45,377 nt of DNA from a virus (Duplodnaviria > Caudoviricetes), in IMG/VR virus record IMGVR_UViG_3300015259_000002, positions 1 through 45,377 of that record; one strand, 5' to 3'. The position numbers and the translations under genes were made by a program. This document shows positions 6,629 to 16,400 of the stretch, one piece after another. Each line of letters opens with the position of its first letter. Position 1 is the first letter of the stretch. The notes beneath the pieces are model-generated. The model had not been told where the DNA came from. It searched no databases and saw nothing but the letters and a program-made list of their open reading frames with translations.

Positions 6629-7489
6629 ATGAACGATATAGTGAAACCTGACGCTAAGTCGGTGACGCTCGAAAAGGTCGTCATTGGAGGAGACCTGGCC
6701 GCCCTGACGCCCTCTGAGCGGCTCTCCTATTACCTGGAAGTCTGTCGAGCTACCGGCCTAAATCCGGCAACTCGACCCTTCGAGTACCTGAAACTGAACA
6801 ACAAACTCGTTCTCTACGCGAGAAAGGACGCAACGGAGCAACTCCGAAAGCTGAACACGGTCTCGATCACGAAGCTGGAGACGACTCGCCTCGAAGATGT
6901 GTACGTCGTAACCGCCTACGCGAAGGACTCGAAGGGTCGGGAGGACTGCGCTACTGGCGCGGTGACGATCGGCTCCATGAAGGGCGATAACCTCGCCAAC
7001 GCCGTGATGAAGGCCGAGACGAAGGCGAAGCGGCGAGTCACCCTCTCGATCTGTGGTCTCGGTCTCCTGGACGAAACCGAGGTTCCGACCGTTGCGGGAG
7101 CTATCCCGGTGGTCGTGGATAACGAAACCGGGGAGATCCTAGGGGACGCTCTAGGACCGCCAGGAGACAAACCCTGGGATCGTACGACTCAGAATAAGCC
7201 CCCTTCCGTCGTGGAGCGCGAGAAGGCCGCTCGGGCTCCCGCATACGGGGCTCTCTACAGCGCAGCCCGCTCCTACCTCCTCGAGAGCGAGGGGATGGCG
7301 GCGGCCGCGAGTAACCCGAGGGTCTCGGCGATCCTCAAGGAATGGGGCCTCAAGCCCGGAGCTAGTGAGACCGATATGGAGGCGATCCGAAAGACGCTCG
7401 TTGAGAAAACCAATTCCCTCCGTGGAGGATCTCCGCCGACCGCCTCAAAGCAAGAGGCCGGCGTGATCCCGGAAGGGCTGCCGTTTTAA
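6629..7489 (+). CDS. Single-strand annealing recombinase (RecT/Red-beta-like)
   Basis: VC...GLNP...PFEY, NAVMKAETKAKRRVTLSICGLG and an acidic ..GLPF tail; adjacent to the exonuclease. Confidence 0.78.
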   Translation: MNDIVKPDAKSVTLEKVVIGGDLAALTPSERLSYYLEVCRATGLNPATRPFEYLKLNNKLVLYARKDATEQLRKLNTVSITKLETTRLEDVYVVTAYAKDSKGREDCATGAVTIGSMKGDNLANAVMKAETKAKRRVTLSICGLGLLDETEVPTVAGAIPVVVDNETGEILGDALGPPGDKPWDRTTQNKPPSVVEREKAARAPAYGALYSAARSYLLESEGMAAAASNPRVSAILKEWGLKPGASETDMEAIRKTLVEKTNSLRGGSPPTASKQEAGVIPEGLPF

Positions 7490-7561
7490 CCCGAAGGGTG
7501 CCGTCCGCCTCGGTGAGCAGTTCTCTCTTTCTCTAAATCTCCTGTGGCGGCCCTGAAGTGG

Positions 7562-7592
7562 TCCCAATCGCGCGGCACGGTTGGGAGTTTTT
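7562..7592 (+). terminator. Putative intrinsic terminator
   Basis: TCCCAATCG-N7-CGGTTGGGA followed by GTTTTT. Confidence 0.5.
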
Positions 7593-7616
7593 ACCCTCTA
7601 TCAACGAAAGGAAACC

Positions 7617-8069
7617 ATGAGCATCATCGACGAAGTCGTTCAGGAAATCGCGAAGTCCGGTGAGAAGGGCATCACGTTCGAACAGATCATCGACGTTCAG
7701 AAGAAGTTCGGGAAATCGTCCACTCCGGAAGGTGCCTGTGGCGCCGCCGGGTCGATGGTCTCTCGACTCAACCGACGCCGGATGATCTTCACGGACCGAT
7801 CGGTGCGTCCGTACCGATACAAGCTGTCGAACTCGATCAACACGACCGAGTACGTGAACGGGAAAGCTGAAGGCCACGCCCCGAATCCCCCGAGACGGAA
7901 GCCGCGCCGCCATGTCATCCCCGGTGGATTCTCGGCCGCGCTCGGACGAGCCACACGAGACTTCGTTGCCTCGATCGAGACTCTGATCGAGATCGAAGTG
8001 AACCGACGCGTGAAGAACTCTGTTAGGGATCTCTGGAAGCGGCAGATCAGCGATCTGATCGAGGAGTGA
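7617..8069 (+). CDS. Putative winged-HTH DNA-binding protein
   Basis: AAAGGA RBS before ATG 7617; GITFEQIID...SMVSRLNRRRMIF...YRYKL wHTH-like pattern. Confidence 0.6.
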   Translation: MSIIDEVVQEIAKSGEKGITFEQIIDVQKKFGKSSTPEGACGAAGSMVSRLNRRRMIFTDRSVRPYRYKLSNSINTTEYVNGKAEGHAPNPPRRKPRRHVIPGGFSAALGRATRDFVASIETLIEIEVNRRVKNSVRDLWKRQISDLIEE

Positions 8070-8413
8070 TGGCAGAGATAAACGAGGAGTTCTTGAGGAA
8101 GATCGCTGCCGCCTCCGACTTTCGGTTCCGTATCTCGAAGCATCAGCCGCACTTCTTCTTCGACGATCTGTGGGGATTCGAAATCCTCGGCAAGAAGGGA
8201 GCGATCTGGACGTACAGAGGTAATGTGTGGGCTGGCCTCTGGGCCTCGGAGGCTGATATTCTAGCTAGCCGGCTCAATGAGGCCAGAAAACTACTCGACA
8301 TAGATAGGAACGAATTCCGCCGAGACAAGGGACGTCACTATGTCTACTTCAAAATCGACCCCGCCGAGGTATCTGAAGCCGCACGGTTCCTACAGGCGGA
8401 TGGGCCTTTTTAG
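8066..8413 (+). CDS. Hypothetical protein
   Basis: Coupled ORF with GAGGAG RBS. Confidence 0.7.
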   Translation: MMAEINEEFLRKIAAASDFRFRISKHQPHFFFDDLWGFEILGKKGAIWTYRGNVWAGLWASEADILASRLNEARKLLDIDRNEFRRDKGRHYVYFKIDPAEVSEAARFLQADGPF

Positions 8414-8567
8414 GTCTCTCTGGCTCAAGATCGTGTGCTTCTGGGTCGGCCATGACTTCGCTGTGAAAGAGAGCCGGTGGCGGGTTGCGACAGATGACCC
8501 GGACCACGTGTGGACGTCCTACGTCCGGTGCGATCGGTGTGGCGTGTTCTGGAGTCGCAATGTTTGA
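8400..8567 (+). CDS. Small phage zinc-binding protein (C-x4-H...CxxC)
   Basis: CFWVGHDF...RCDRCG; start at ATG 8400. Confidence 0.65.
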   Translation: MGLFRSLWLKIVCFWVGHDFAVKESRWRVATDDPDHVWTSYVRCDRCGVFWSRNV

Positions 8568-8931
8568 CAAATATATCCTAGACGAGAACGGGAACCCGGT
8601 AGTCGAAGGGGATCTCTTCAAGTGGGCCAGCTGGTATCAGAATTTCGGTGCGCATCGCCGCGTGGCCAGGACCGTCCTGCGTAAGTTCTGGGTCTCGACG
8701 GTGTTCTTGGCTCTCGACCACTCGTTCACCCCTGGCGCTATCCCGATTCTTTATGAGACGATGGTGTCCCACAAGAACAAGAACACGCCCATGAATGAGT
8801 TGTGGGTGCGGCGATATGCTACAGCCGAAGGGGCCAAAGAGGGCCACGAAAAGGGCGTCGCTTTCGCGAAGCGGAAAGAGGCCGTGTTCATCAACAAGAG
8901 CCGCGCTAAGAAGAGAGGTAAGAGATGCTGA
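8560..8931 (+). CDS. Conserved-looking phage protein of unknown function
   Basis: VSTVFLALDH...LYETM...RRYAT...GH pattern familiar from phage hypotheticals; GGAG RBS. Confidence 0.75.
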   Translation: MFDKYILDENGNPVVEGDLFKWASWYQNFGAHRRVARTVLRKFWVSTVFLALDHSFTPGAIPILYETMVSHKNKNTPMNELWVRRYATAEGAKEGHEKGVAFAKRKEAVFINKSRAKKRGKRC

Positions 8932-10079
8932 CGGCGATCGAACTGGTTCCATTCGTGAACACGATTAAGAAGTTCGAAGAGAGTCGATCTGGCTACGAGG
9001 CGGTGCTCGCGGAGTCCGGGCGCCCGTTCACGCCTCTCTCTGCCCCCTACGTCCCGAAAGAGGGATGGGCCTACAACAGCGGCGGCGAAGGGAACCAACA
9101 GGACGACCCCCTCCGCCACTTCTTGGCATGGGAGTTCTACGGGGACCAGAACGCGCTCCAGTCGGGGTTTAATATCCTCTCGTACCTAGCCGACCACACG
9201 ACCGAAGGCGAGCACACCTATCAGAACGGTCACGGTCAGAGACACCCGAACTTCGGGCTCTACGCTCTTAAGGCTATGGCGCTCGGCGACACGGCGATGG
9301 CCGAGAAGTTGATCGCGGCCGAGGTGAAGTTGTACTCGCTGAACCTGGGTTCGAAGGAATGGACGTCGCTCGGACCGAGCACCTTCCGTCCCGGCTGTCG
9401 ATTCCTCTCGACGACGGTGCGGCTCTGTCACGACGTACCGCTCCTCCAGAAGGCGGGCCTCATCCATCCGGATCAGTTCCCAGGTCAGGTCTCGCCGGAT
9501 GCTGTCCTCGCGCGCCTCATCGAGTGGGCGAAGCGGTGGTTTTGGGAGATGCAAATCAGCGACAAGGGTACAGGGTGGGCCGCCGCTCCGGGCCTCTACC
9601 GCTACGACGACGACGAGCGCGACTGGCTATATTGGGCGCAGAGCACGTCGGACTCGGAGGAGAGCCACTTGACGGCCTTCATGCATTACAGCCTGTTCCC
9701 GCGAGACGTCGCTGTCGCGCTGACCTGGCTCGACGGGATCATCGACGGCGAGACGAAGAACCTCTGGGCGCGCCGCCTCCGTGATATGTCCACCTGGGCG
9801 CTCGCGGTCGCCTACGATCCGGTGACGGGCCTCGCGAAGCGCGCCCAGGACTGGAGCCCGGATATTCTCGCGGAGCGCGGCCCCTTCCGTCTCTACGCGA
9901 ACGCGGACACCGGCGAGCGTACGCACTCGCTCGCGGTAACGATCGCCTCGGCGCGGGCGTCGAAAGAAAAGCGGAAGAAGGAACTCGTTAACTGCTTGGA
10001 ACTCGGGATGAAACTCCCTCCTGGAGAGGTGGACGAGGGCCTCGTGATCGCGGCGCAGCATCTCGAGTTCGGATCGTGA
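8925..10079 (+). CDS. Hypothetical 384-aa protein, helical and aromatic-rich
   Basis: Long ORF with GAGGT RBS; no motif recognised. Confidence 0.8.
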   Translation: MLTAIELVPFVNTIKKFEESRSGYEAVLAESGRPFTPLSAPYVPKEGWAYNSGGEGNQQDDPLRHFLAWEFYGDQNALQSGFNILSYLADHTTEGEHTYQNGHGQRHPNFGLYALKAMALGDTAMAEKLIAAEVKLYSLNLGSKEWTSLGPSTFRPGCRFLSTTVRLCHDVPLLQKAGLIHPDQFPGQVSPDAVLARLIEWAKRWFWEMQISDKGTGWAAAPGLYRYDDDERDWLYWAQSTSDSEESHLTAFMHYSLFPRDVAVALTWLDGIIDGETKNLWARRLRDMSTWALAVAYDPVTGLAKRAQDWSPDILAERGPFRLYANADTGERTHSLAVTIASARASKEKRKKELVNCLELGMKLPPGEVDEGLVIAAQHLEFGS

Positions 10080-10345
10080 GCAAAGCGAAGCCCGAGCCCA
10101 CGGGACCCTTCGGTCGCATCCGAGCATGGTGGGATCGCGTGCTCTGCGGTGCCGACATTCACGATGTCGTGGTCCCGGATGGCTATGAACTCTGGCCGAT
10201 CCCGACGAAGTCGAGTGCGTCAGTGTACGCGGACGGCTATGTCGCGTGCCGACGCTGCGGCCTCAAGCATTACCTCGACCGGCTCGACCCGGTGAACGAG
10301 GACGTGCCGGAGATCGCGCCGGAAGGAAGGATCATCGCGCGATGA
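10076..10345 (+). CDS. Small zinc-binding protein
   Basis: VLCGADIH...ACRRCG. Confidence 0.65.
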   Translation: MSKAKPEPTGPFGRIRAWWDRVLCGADIHDVVVPDGYELWPIPTKSSASVYADGYVACRRCGLKHYLDRLDPVNEDVPEIAPEGRIIAR

Positions 10346-10372
10346 CGAGCAAAGCGAAGCCCGAGCCCACGG
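10078..10372 (+). repeat. 26-bp exact direct repeat at the starts of two consecutive genes
   Basis: GAGCAAAGCGAAGCCCGAGCCCACGG at 10078-10103 and 10347-10372. Confidence 0.9.
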
Positions 10373-10587
10373 TGCCGACGTTCGAGCGGTTCGTGGACGA
10401 GTGCCAGTTGGCGGTCTCGGCTGGCGACTTCTCGCGCGAGACGTTTCGCTCGATCGTCCATCGGGCGGTCGCGGACGGGTTCCTCTGGTCCCTGAACAAG
10501 TGGCGCTCGCTCGAAGGCGCTCCGATCCGGGAGTTTTGGGCCGAGATGGAGCGGGCGGAGCAGTCCCTCCGCTCGTGCAACCCATGA
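10342..10587 (+). CDS. Hypothetical protein
   Basis: ATG 10342 (ATGA overlap): MTSKAKPEPTVPTFERF. Confidence 0.65.
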   Translation: MTSKAKPEPTVPTFERFVDECQLAVSAGDFSRETFRSIVHRAVADGFLWSLNKWRSLEGAPIREFWAEMERAEQSLRSCNP

Positions 10588-11237
10588 CCCGGCGCAAGAA
10601 AGCGAGCCCCCCAATGACCCTGCCCCCCGATCTCCGACCCATCGCGCTCCACATCCAATGCGAAGAGGGCATCGCGCGCGAGTGGATTCCCGCCTTCCAA
10701 GTATCCGCGAACTTCGCAGCGAGCCCGGAGCCGCGCGAGCGGTGGAACCTGAGCCACATCGGGACCGGCCGGCGCGTGGCGATTCTCGGCTCGCTCGAAC
10801 GTGTGCGCGAGGCCGCTGCCGAATTGGAAGCCATAGCGGACTTCTCATTCGCGGATGAGGAGGCCCACAAGAGCCATCAGGCGCAGAATCCTGCGGCCGT
10901 CGCCCTCGTCAGGCGATTGAGAGAGGAAATGGACGAGATCGAGCGCGAGAGGTACATGGAGGACAACGCAGTTCTCGATGCGTACGCCGACGCCGAAGAA
11001 CGAGGAGCCCCCAAAATGACCAAGACCCTCAAAGCACTCATCGCCGTCGCATCCATCGCGGCCGTCCTGTACCTCCTCCTCTCGCTAATCCTCTTCCAAA
11101 AGTACCACGCCGAACGCGTCCTCGCTCGCATGGACAAACAGACTGAAATCTTAGAGCAGATCGCGGACGCCGTGGCAAAGTACCAACTGATCTATTGTCT
11201 TGAGAAGCCCCTCGCCATACCCGAGCCGCAGAAATGA
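10584..11237 (+). CDS. Hypothetical protein with C-terminal TM segment
   Basis: ATG 10584 (ATGA overlap); an internal GAGGAG+ATG near 11016 precedes the TM part. Confidence 0.65.
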   Translation: MTRRKKASPPMTLPPDLRPIALHIQCEEGIAREWIPAFQVSANFAASPEPRERWNLSHIGTGRRVAILGSLERVREAAAELEAIADFSFADEEAHKSHQAQNPAAVALVRRLREEMDEIERERYMEDNAVLDAYADAEERGAPKMTKTLKALIAVASIAAVLYLLLSLILFQKYHAERVLARMDKQTEILEQIADAVAKYQLIYCLEKPLAIPEPQK

Positions 11238-11392
11238 CCCCCCTCCTCGCCGCCCTCGCGCTCCTCGACGCCGCGTACCCGATCCTCGAAACGATCCTCA
11301 CCGTGATCGCCGTTGCCGGATTCGTCAGTCTCCCGGTCATCGGCGCCTTTGTTGTCACCCGAAAGGAACGCAAGAATGCCTCTCACCGCTAG
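11234..11392 (+). CDS. Small membrane protein (52 aa, not in ORF track)
   Basis: MTPLLAALALLDAAYPILETILTVIAVAGFVSLPVIGAFVVTRKERKNASHR; fills the gap with overlaps on both sides. Confidence 0.6.
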   Translation: MTPLLAALALLDAAYPILETILTVIAVAGFVSLPVIGAFVVTRKERKNASHR

Positions 11393-12341
11393 ACTCGTCG
11401 GCCGTCTCCCGAAAGCCCCGCGTTACCCCTCCGCCGTCGCCCTCCCGAACGGAAAGATCGGCGTCGTCGCGCACGGATCCTACTACCTCGTCGGGCTCAA
11501 CCCGGTTCCCGGCACGGTCCGCCCGATCAAACTCGCCGATCTCGACCGCGACTCTGCGAGCCTCGGCCACGACAAGGCCGACAACTCGGTCGTCCTCTAC
11601 GGCGGTCGCGGCCACGGGATGGGCGAGGGCGACGGCACGCTCGCCGACTGCGCCCGGATCCACGCGGACACGGGAGCGGCGATGCCGGAGCCCACTTTCA
11701 CGCTCCCGATCAACCTTGCGGAGTGCGGAGTCGTCGAAGAGGGGGGACTCGATCTCATTGTCGGCGGCTTCGACTCGAACGAAGTCCCGCGTCGGTTCGT
11801 CTGCACGCGTCGGTCCGGAGCGATCATCGTCAACCGGCACCAGTTGGCCGTCGGCTGCGCCGGGAACGCCGTCCGCATCAACGATCGCGTCTACGTTGGC
11901 TTCGATTCGTTCCTCCCGGACGTCGGCCCGCTCGGGATGCCGTTCCTTGAGCGCGCCACGGCTGGTGGTCTCTCCTCGGGCGCCGAGCAGTTCGCGGAGA
12001 TCGACCAGCCCGGTTGGCTCCGGGTCGTCGTCGGCCAAGAGGAAGGGAACGACGGTTTCTGGCGCCTCGGTGCCGGTGCCGGCTCCGGGAACTCGAAACT
12101 CTGGCTCGTCGAAACGGGCGGCCACGTCACGACGCTCGGTGACGTCGAAGTCAGTGCAGACGACGTGCTCTACGCGGGCGGCGGGATCATCCCGTTCGCC
12201 ATCAGCGGGTGCCCGCTGATCGACCGGACGCACGACGACGGGCACCTCTACGCCATCGCACCGACGATCACAGTGTTCTTCGATACGGGCGGCCAGAACG
12301 CGTGGCCGACGGATGGAGTGTTCGCGATCAAGGTGGTGTGA
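11376..12341 (+). CDS. Kelch-repeat beta-propeller-like protein
   Basis: LPKAPRYPSAVALPNGKIGVV, SVVLYGG, LPINLAECGVV..LIVGGFD and INDRVYV blades; AAAGGA RBS. Confidence 0.65.
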   Translation: MPLTARLVGRLPKAPRYPSAVALPNGKIGVVAHGSYYLVGLNPVPGTVRPIKLADLDRDSASLGHDKADNSVVLYGGRGHGMGEGDGTLADCARIHADTGAAMPEPTFTLPINLAECGVVEEGGLDLIVGGFDSNEVPRRFVCTRRSGAIIVNRHQLAVGCAGNAVRINDRVYVGFDSFLPDVGPLGMPFLERATAGGLSSGAEQFAEIDQPGWLRVVVGQEEGNDGFWRLGAGAGSGNSKLWLVETGGHVTTLGDVEVSADDVLYAGGGIIPFAISGCPLIDRTHDDGHLYAIAPTITVFFDTGGQNAWPTDGVFAIKVV

Positions 12342-12772
12342 TGAGCGATCCGCGACGCCTCGTCCTCGCTCTCCCGGAGAAGTTCGGGAATGGGATGCCG
12401 TCGCTCCCCTCTGTGAATCAGACCCGAACCTGGCTTCGGCTCGGTCAATATTGGAAGTACGGGAAACTTGCGAAGGCGTATGGAGAAGCGATCCTCGAGG
12501 CGAAGGCGCTCCGTGGCGTCCCGTGGGGCGACCCGGCGAAGAGGGTGACGATCACCGTTCGCCGGGTCGCTGCACGGCTCTACGATGGCGACAATCTACA
12601 CGGATCGCCGAAGCACCTGATCGACGCGCTCGTTCGCGCACGGATCGTCGTGAACGACCGGCCCGAGAACGTGACTCTCGTGGTGACGCAGGAGATCGCG
12701 AAGTACGGTCGGAAGAAAGAGGAACGACCCTGGCGTGGCGTAGCGATAGAGGTGGAGGAGGTTACTTCGTGA
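12341..12772 (+). CDS. rusA: RusA-like Holliday junction resolvase
   Basis: PSVN...DGDNL...KHLIDAL...IVVND motifs. Confidence 0.8.
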   Translation: MSDPRRLVLALPEKFGNGMPSLPSVNQTRTWLRLGQYWKYGKLAKAYGEAILEAKALRGVPWGDPAKRVTITVRRVAARLYDGDNLHGSPKHLIDALVRARIVVNDRPENVTLVVTQEIAKYGRKKEERPWRGVAIEVEEVTS

Positions 12773-12956
12773 CGTTATTGAGTCCTCTCCCAACGTATCT
12801 GTAGCAGAGGGTTCCTGTCCATACCAATTTCTCGTATGGGTTATCTCTGCCGGTTTCCGCTGTACATACGCCCTTCTTGTACACCTTGAGATCCTGGCCT
12901 TCGAAGTTTCGGCACGTCGCGCAGCACCGAACCGTGTCGAGCCTCGGATCGATCAT
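12762..12956 (-). CDS. Small Cys-rich protein
   Basis: MIDPRLDTVRCCATC...C...C; ATGA coupling. Confidence 0.55.
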   Translation of the reverse strand: MIDPRLDTVRCCATCRNFEGQDLKVYKKGVCTAETGRDNPYEKLVWTGTLCYRYVGRGLNNVTK

Positions 12957-13138
12957 CGACCTACCAGGATCAGGGCGCCTGCGACTACCGCCAGGGCCGC
13001 AGCTACCCATCCAGGGATATTGCCTTCGCCCCAGATGGCGCTGATACCTATTAGGAGCAGGTATAGGCCCAGGATCACGCCTCCGACTCCGTTGACCGAT
13101 CGACCCCAACTGAAAAACGGCTTTCGTTCGTCCGTCAT
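12953..13138 (-). CDS. Two-TM holin-like protein
   Basis: Two hydrophobic helices in 61 aa at the end of the late operon. Confidence 0.55.
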   Translation of the reverse strand: MTDERKPFFSWGRSVNGVGGVILGLYLLLIGISAIWGEGNIPGWVAAALAVVAGALILVGR

Positions 13139-13485
13139 CGTGACTCCTTTAGCAATTTTATCTCAGTGACAACGGTATCCAGGACGGCGCTAATTCGTTC
13201 GATACTACCTTGCAACGCCTCGTCCCTGGCCTGTAGCGCCTCATCTCTGGCCTGAAGAAGGACCAACAGGTCCCCGTGTTTCTTGCTCTCTTCGCGGATG
13301 TCGCCTAGGAGCTTCGCTGTCTCGGTGATCTGGTGCTGCATAACAGCACCTTCGGTTTTGTTCACGAAAATGCGCTCCGCCATAAAGACGACGGCCGAGG
13401 CAACGACGCCGACGAACCCGGTCAGCTTCGCAATATCCACCTTCGACATCTTGGGGAGACCTGTCGTCGTTGATTCTGCGGTCAT
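13135..13485 (-). CDS. TM plus coiled-coil protein (lysis-cassette candidate)
   Basis: N-terminal TM helix; heptad duplication LQARDEALQARDEALQ. Confidence 0.6.
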   Translation of the reverse strand: MTAESTTTGLPKMSKVDIAKLTGFVGVVASAVVFMAERIFVNKTEGAVMQHQITETAKLLGDIREESKKHGDLLVLLQARDEALQARDEALQGSIERISAVLDTVVTEIKLLKESR

Positions 13486-16400
13486 CTCAGTTCCTGGGCC
13501 TGTTTCCGGAGTTCCTGAATCGTCTCTGCGGTGTCCTCGTTCACGGCCTGGACGTGTTCAGGGTCGGCGTAGAGGCGACCGAACCGAGAGAGAGACCGCT
13601 GGCGCCGTTTCATGGCTTCGATCATCTGCTTCCGTATGGAGAACGCTTCGATCCGGCGACCCTCTCCCTCAATGTGGGCGGAGACGGAAACAGGAGAGAC
13701 CATTCTAGAGATCGCCAGCTTCCGGCGATAGGACTTCTCGTCCTCAGAGAGCCCCTTCGGGAGCGCCATTTGATCCAGCATATTCCCGAGACGCCACGTT
13801 CTCCGAAGGAAGTTCGACATCGTTGAACTCATCCGGACCCCCAAGAAGAGATCGTCCTTCTCGCTCGCCGGCTGACCCTCGACGAGTTGCTGGATGAACG
13901 GGCTCCACATCGAGAAGATGAAATCGGAGAGCCCTGGACCTGACCCGATCTCGTTCAGGTCCGAGACGGGGATGAGCCCGACCGGGGACGTGTACGTGGC
14001 GATCCGGCGCCCGTCTTCGAGCGTCTTCATCGAGATCGGGACGCCGAATCGGGACTTCACCCAGTCCGGGAGATCGCGCTCGTCCAGCTTCTCGACCCCG
14101 AGGGTCAGGTACTCGTACGCCTTCGTCGTGAGGTACGGGATCTCCGGGTGCCGAGCCGCCGTGTAGAGCGACATGGGCAAGTTGAACTTCATCCACCGAT
14201 AGAAGGGGATCAGCGGGCGCAGGTGGGTCTCTTCGAACGGGGTGAGGGACCCCGGCGAGACGTGGTACTTCTTCGCCTCGAAGGCGGCTTCAGAGGGAGT
14301 CAGGCCCTTCCGGAGAAGGGCGGTGAAGTGGGTGAGGCGAGGCCAGTCGTCAGCGAACGACTGCATCTTTCGGAACGGATCGAGCCCGATGAAGCGACGG
14401 GAGACCGGTGAGAGCGTTGAGGTCTCGAACACCTTCTGGACGAAGGTGGGCTTCTTCGTCTGACCGAGCGCCATCCGGACGGTCTCTTGAAGGTCACGCG
14501 CACTCCAACCGCCGCCGAGGACGTTTCTCGAGAACGCCTCTTCGACGACATCGACGGGTCTCCACTCCTTAGGGAGTCGCTGGCCTTGAGCGGTCTCCTG
14601 AACTCCCATGAACACGTTGCTATCAGGGAAGACTTCGGCCGCTTCGGTCGCGAGAGAAACCTTCCCGTCGGTCGTCATATTGAGGCGAGCGAGGCCCAGT
14701 TCCTTCAGGCGCGAGATGGACTTCTCATTCGAGATGCCGCGCTCGATGGCGTTACGGAAGGGCATCCACACGTCCGTCATGGCGCCGAGGGCGTAGGCCG
14801 CGTCCAGAGGATCGCCACCACCACCCAAGAGCGTGAAGTACCACTCGCCGATCCCGTTGCGGCTGATCGTGGAGAAGAAGGGGAGGATCGTCCACTCGAC
14901 CCAGAGCCGCATCGTCTCGGCCCACGCCTTCTGGAAGAGGGCGACCACAGCTGACGAGGGACGCGCGAGCGCGAACGTGTGGCGAAGTTCCTTGGCTACC
15001 CTCGACGGGAAGACGTAGCCAGCGAGGAGTTCGGTCCCAGCGCCCCCGCGACCTCCCTCAGTGACCGACTCGTAGCCCTCTGGGATAGCTACCCCAGGGA
15101 GAGCCTTCCCTTCGGCGTCTACCTTCGGAACACCGAATCGCTTCACGACGCGTCGGGCGAACTTCATCTCGGCGATAGCCTTCTCGCCCTCGAAGGCACG
15201 CGCGAGACCGAACTTCATCGGATCGACTTCGAAGATGTTTTTTGTCGCCTTAATGCCATCGTATCCAGGGAGTTCGCCTCTCTCGGCCAACTTCTGAGCC
15301 TCGATCATCCCGATGCTTGTCCCGTCAGGGCGACGGAACTTCCGCATCTTCGAAAACTTGTCGGCTCCGGAGAACCGAAGGCGCGGGTGATTCGGTGGCA
15401 GGAGGGCAGCGAGCGCCATCTGCTCGTTCTTCAGCTTGAAGAACTCATCGCGCCCGTACTTCGAGACCGCGTGCGGTAGGTAGCGGGCTTCGAGGACTTC
15501 GAGATCGACCTCCTGGACGATGCGCTTATTTAGTTCGGAGGCGAGTTCGACACGGCGCGCCTCCTCGATGCGCTTCGCCTCCATCGCTGTGCGGTTCGCC
15601 CGAGCGATCTCCTCGACTCGATCGATAGGGGGAGGAGCGGCCTGCTTCCGCTGGACGACGCGCTTCCCGCGCACCGTCGGAGCGGTGAAGACTTCGGGTT
15701 TCGCGACGCCCTTCTTCATCGTTACCGGGGCCGCTCTGAAGAACGGAGGGTTCGTCTCGGATGGGGCTCGGACCTGCTTTGCGAGTTCGTCCACCGAGAG
15801 GCGCTCTACGCCGATCTCGTCGAGCGAAATGAGGGCCTGTTCCGCCTCCTGGATCTTCCCGTACCGAGCGGAGGCCACCGCTTCTCGAGACGGCTTCAGC
15901 GGGTTGATGCGAACGCCGGTCCCGATCTCGCGCTTGATGAGTTTCTCGAACGGTCGCAAGTTGATCTCGCCGAACTGCTTGATCTCGTCCGGGAGATCGG
16001 TGAACCGGGCCGCATCTCGGACCCCGTTCTCGGCGTAGTCGAGAGCGAGCGCCATGACCTCGCCAGCGTCGATGTGGCGACCTGCGTTCCGGGACAGTTG
16101 CTCAGCGATCGTCTCGGCGCCCTTCGAGATGGCCGGGAACTCCTTCGCGTGCCGGAAGGACCAGCGAAGCCCTTGCTCCATCGCCTCCCGGTGCATCTCG
16201 CGGGTCTCGGCCACGTCCGGACTCGATCCCTTCCGAGAGAAGGCGTCCATGAGCGCGTCAGCGGCCTTCGCCGTGATCGGGTTGGACCGGACTGCGGCAC
16301 CGAACCCTTTAGCGAACTTGGACATAACGGCTTTCGAAGCTGCCACCGTAGCGGCGTCCAGTTTCTGTGGCACTATGGGTAGCCCGCGCCCCGTCCCAGG

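Noticed and set aside
13210-13257. LQARDEA duplication as an assembly error
   Set aside because: The two copies differ at synonymous positions, so it is an older genuine heptad duplication of little interest.
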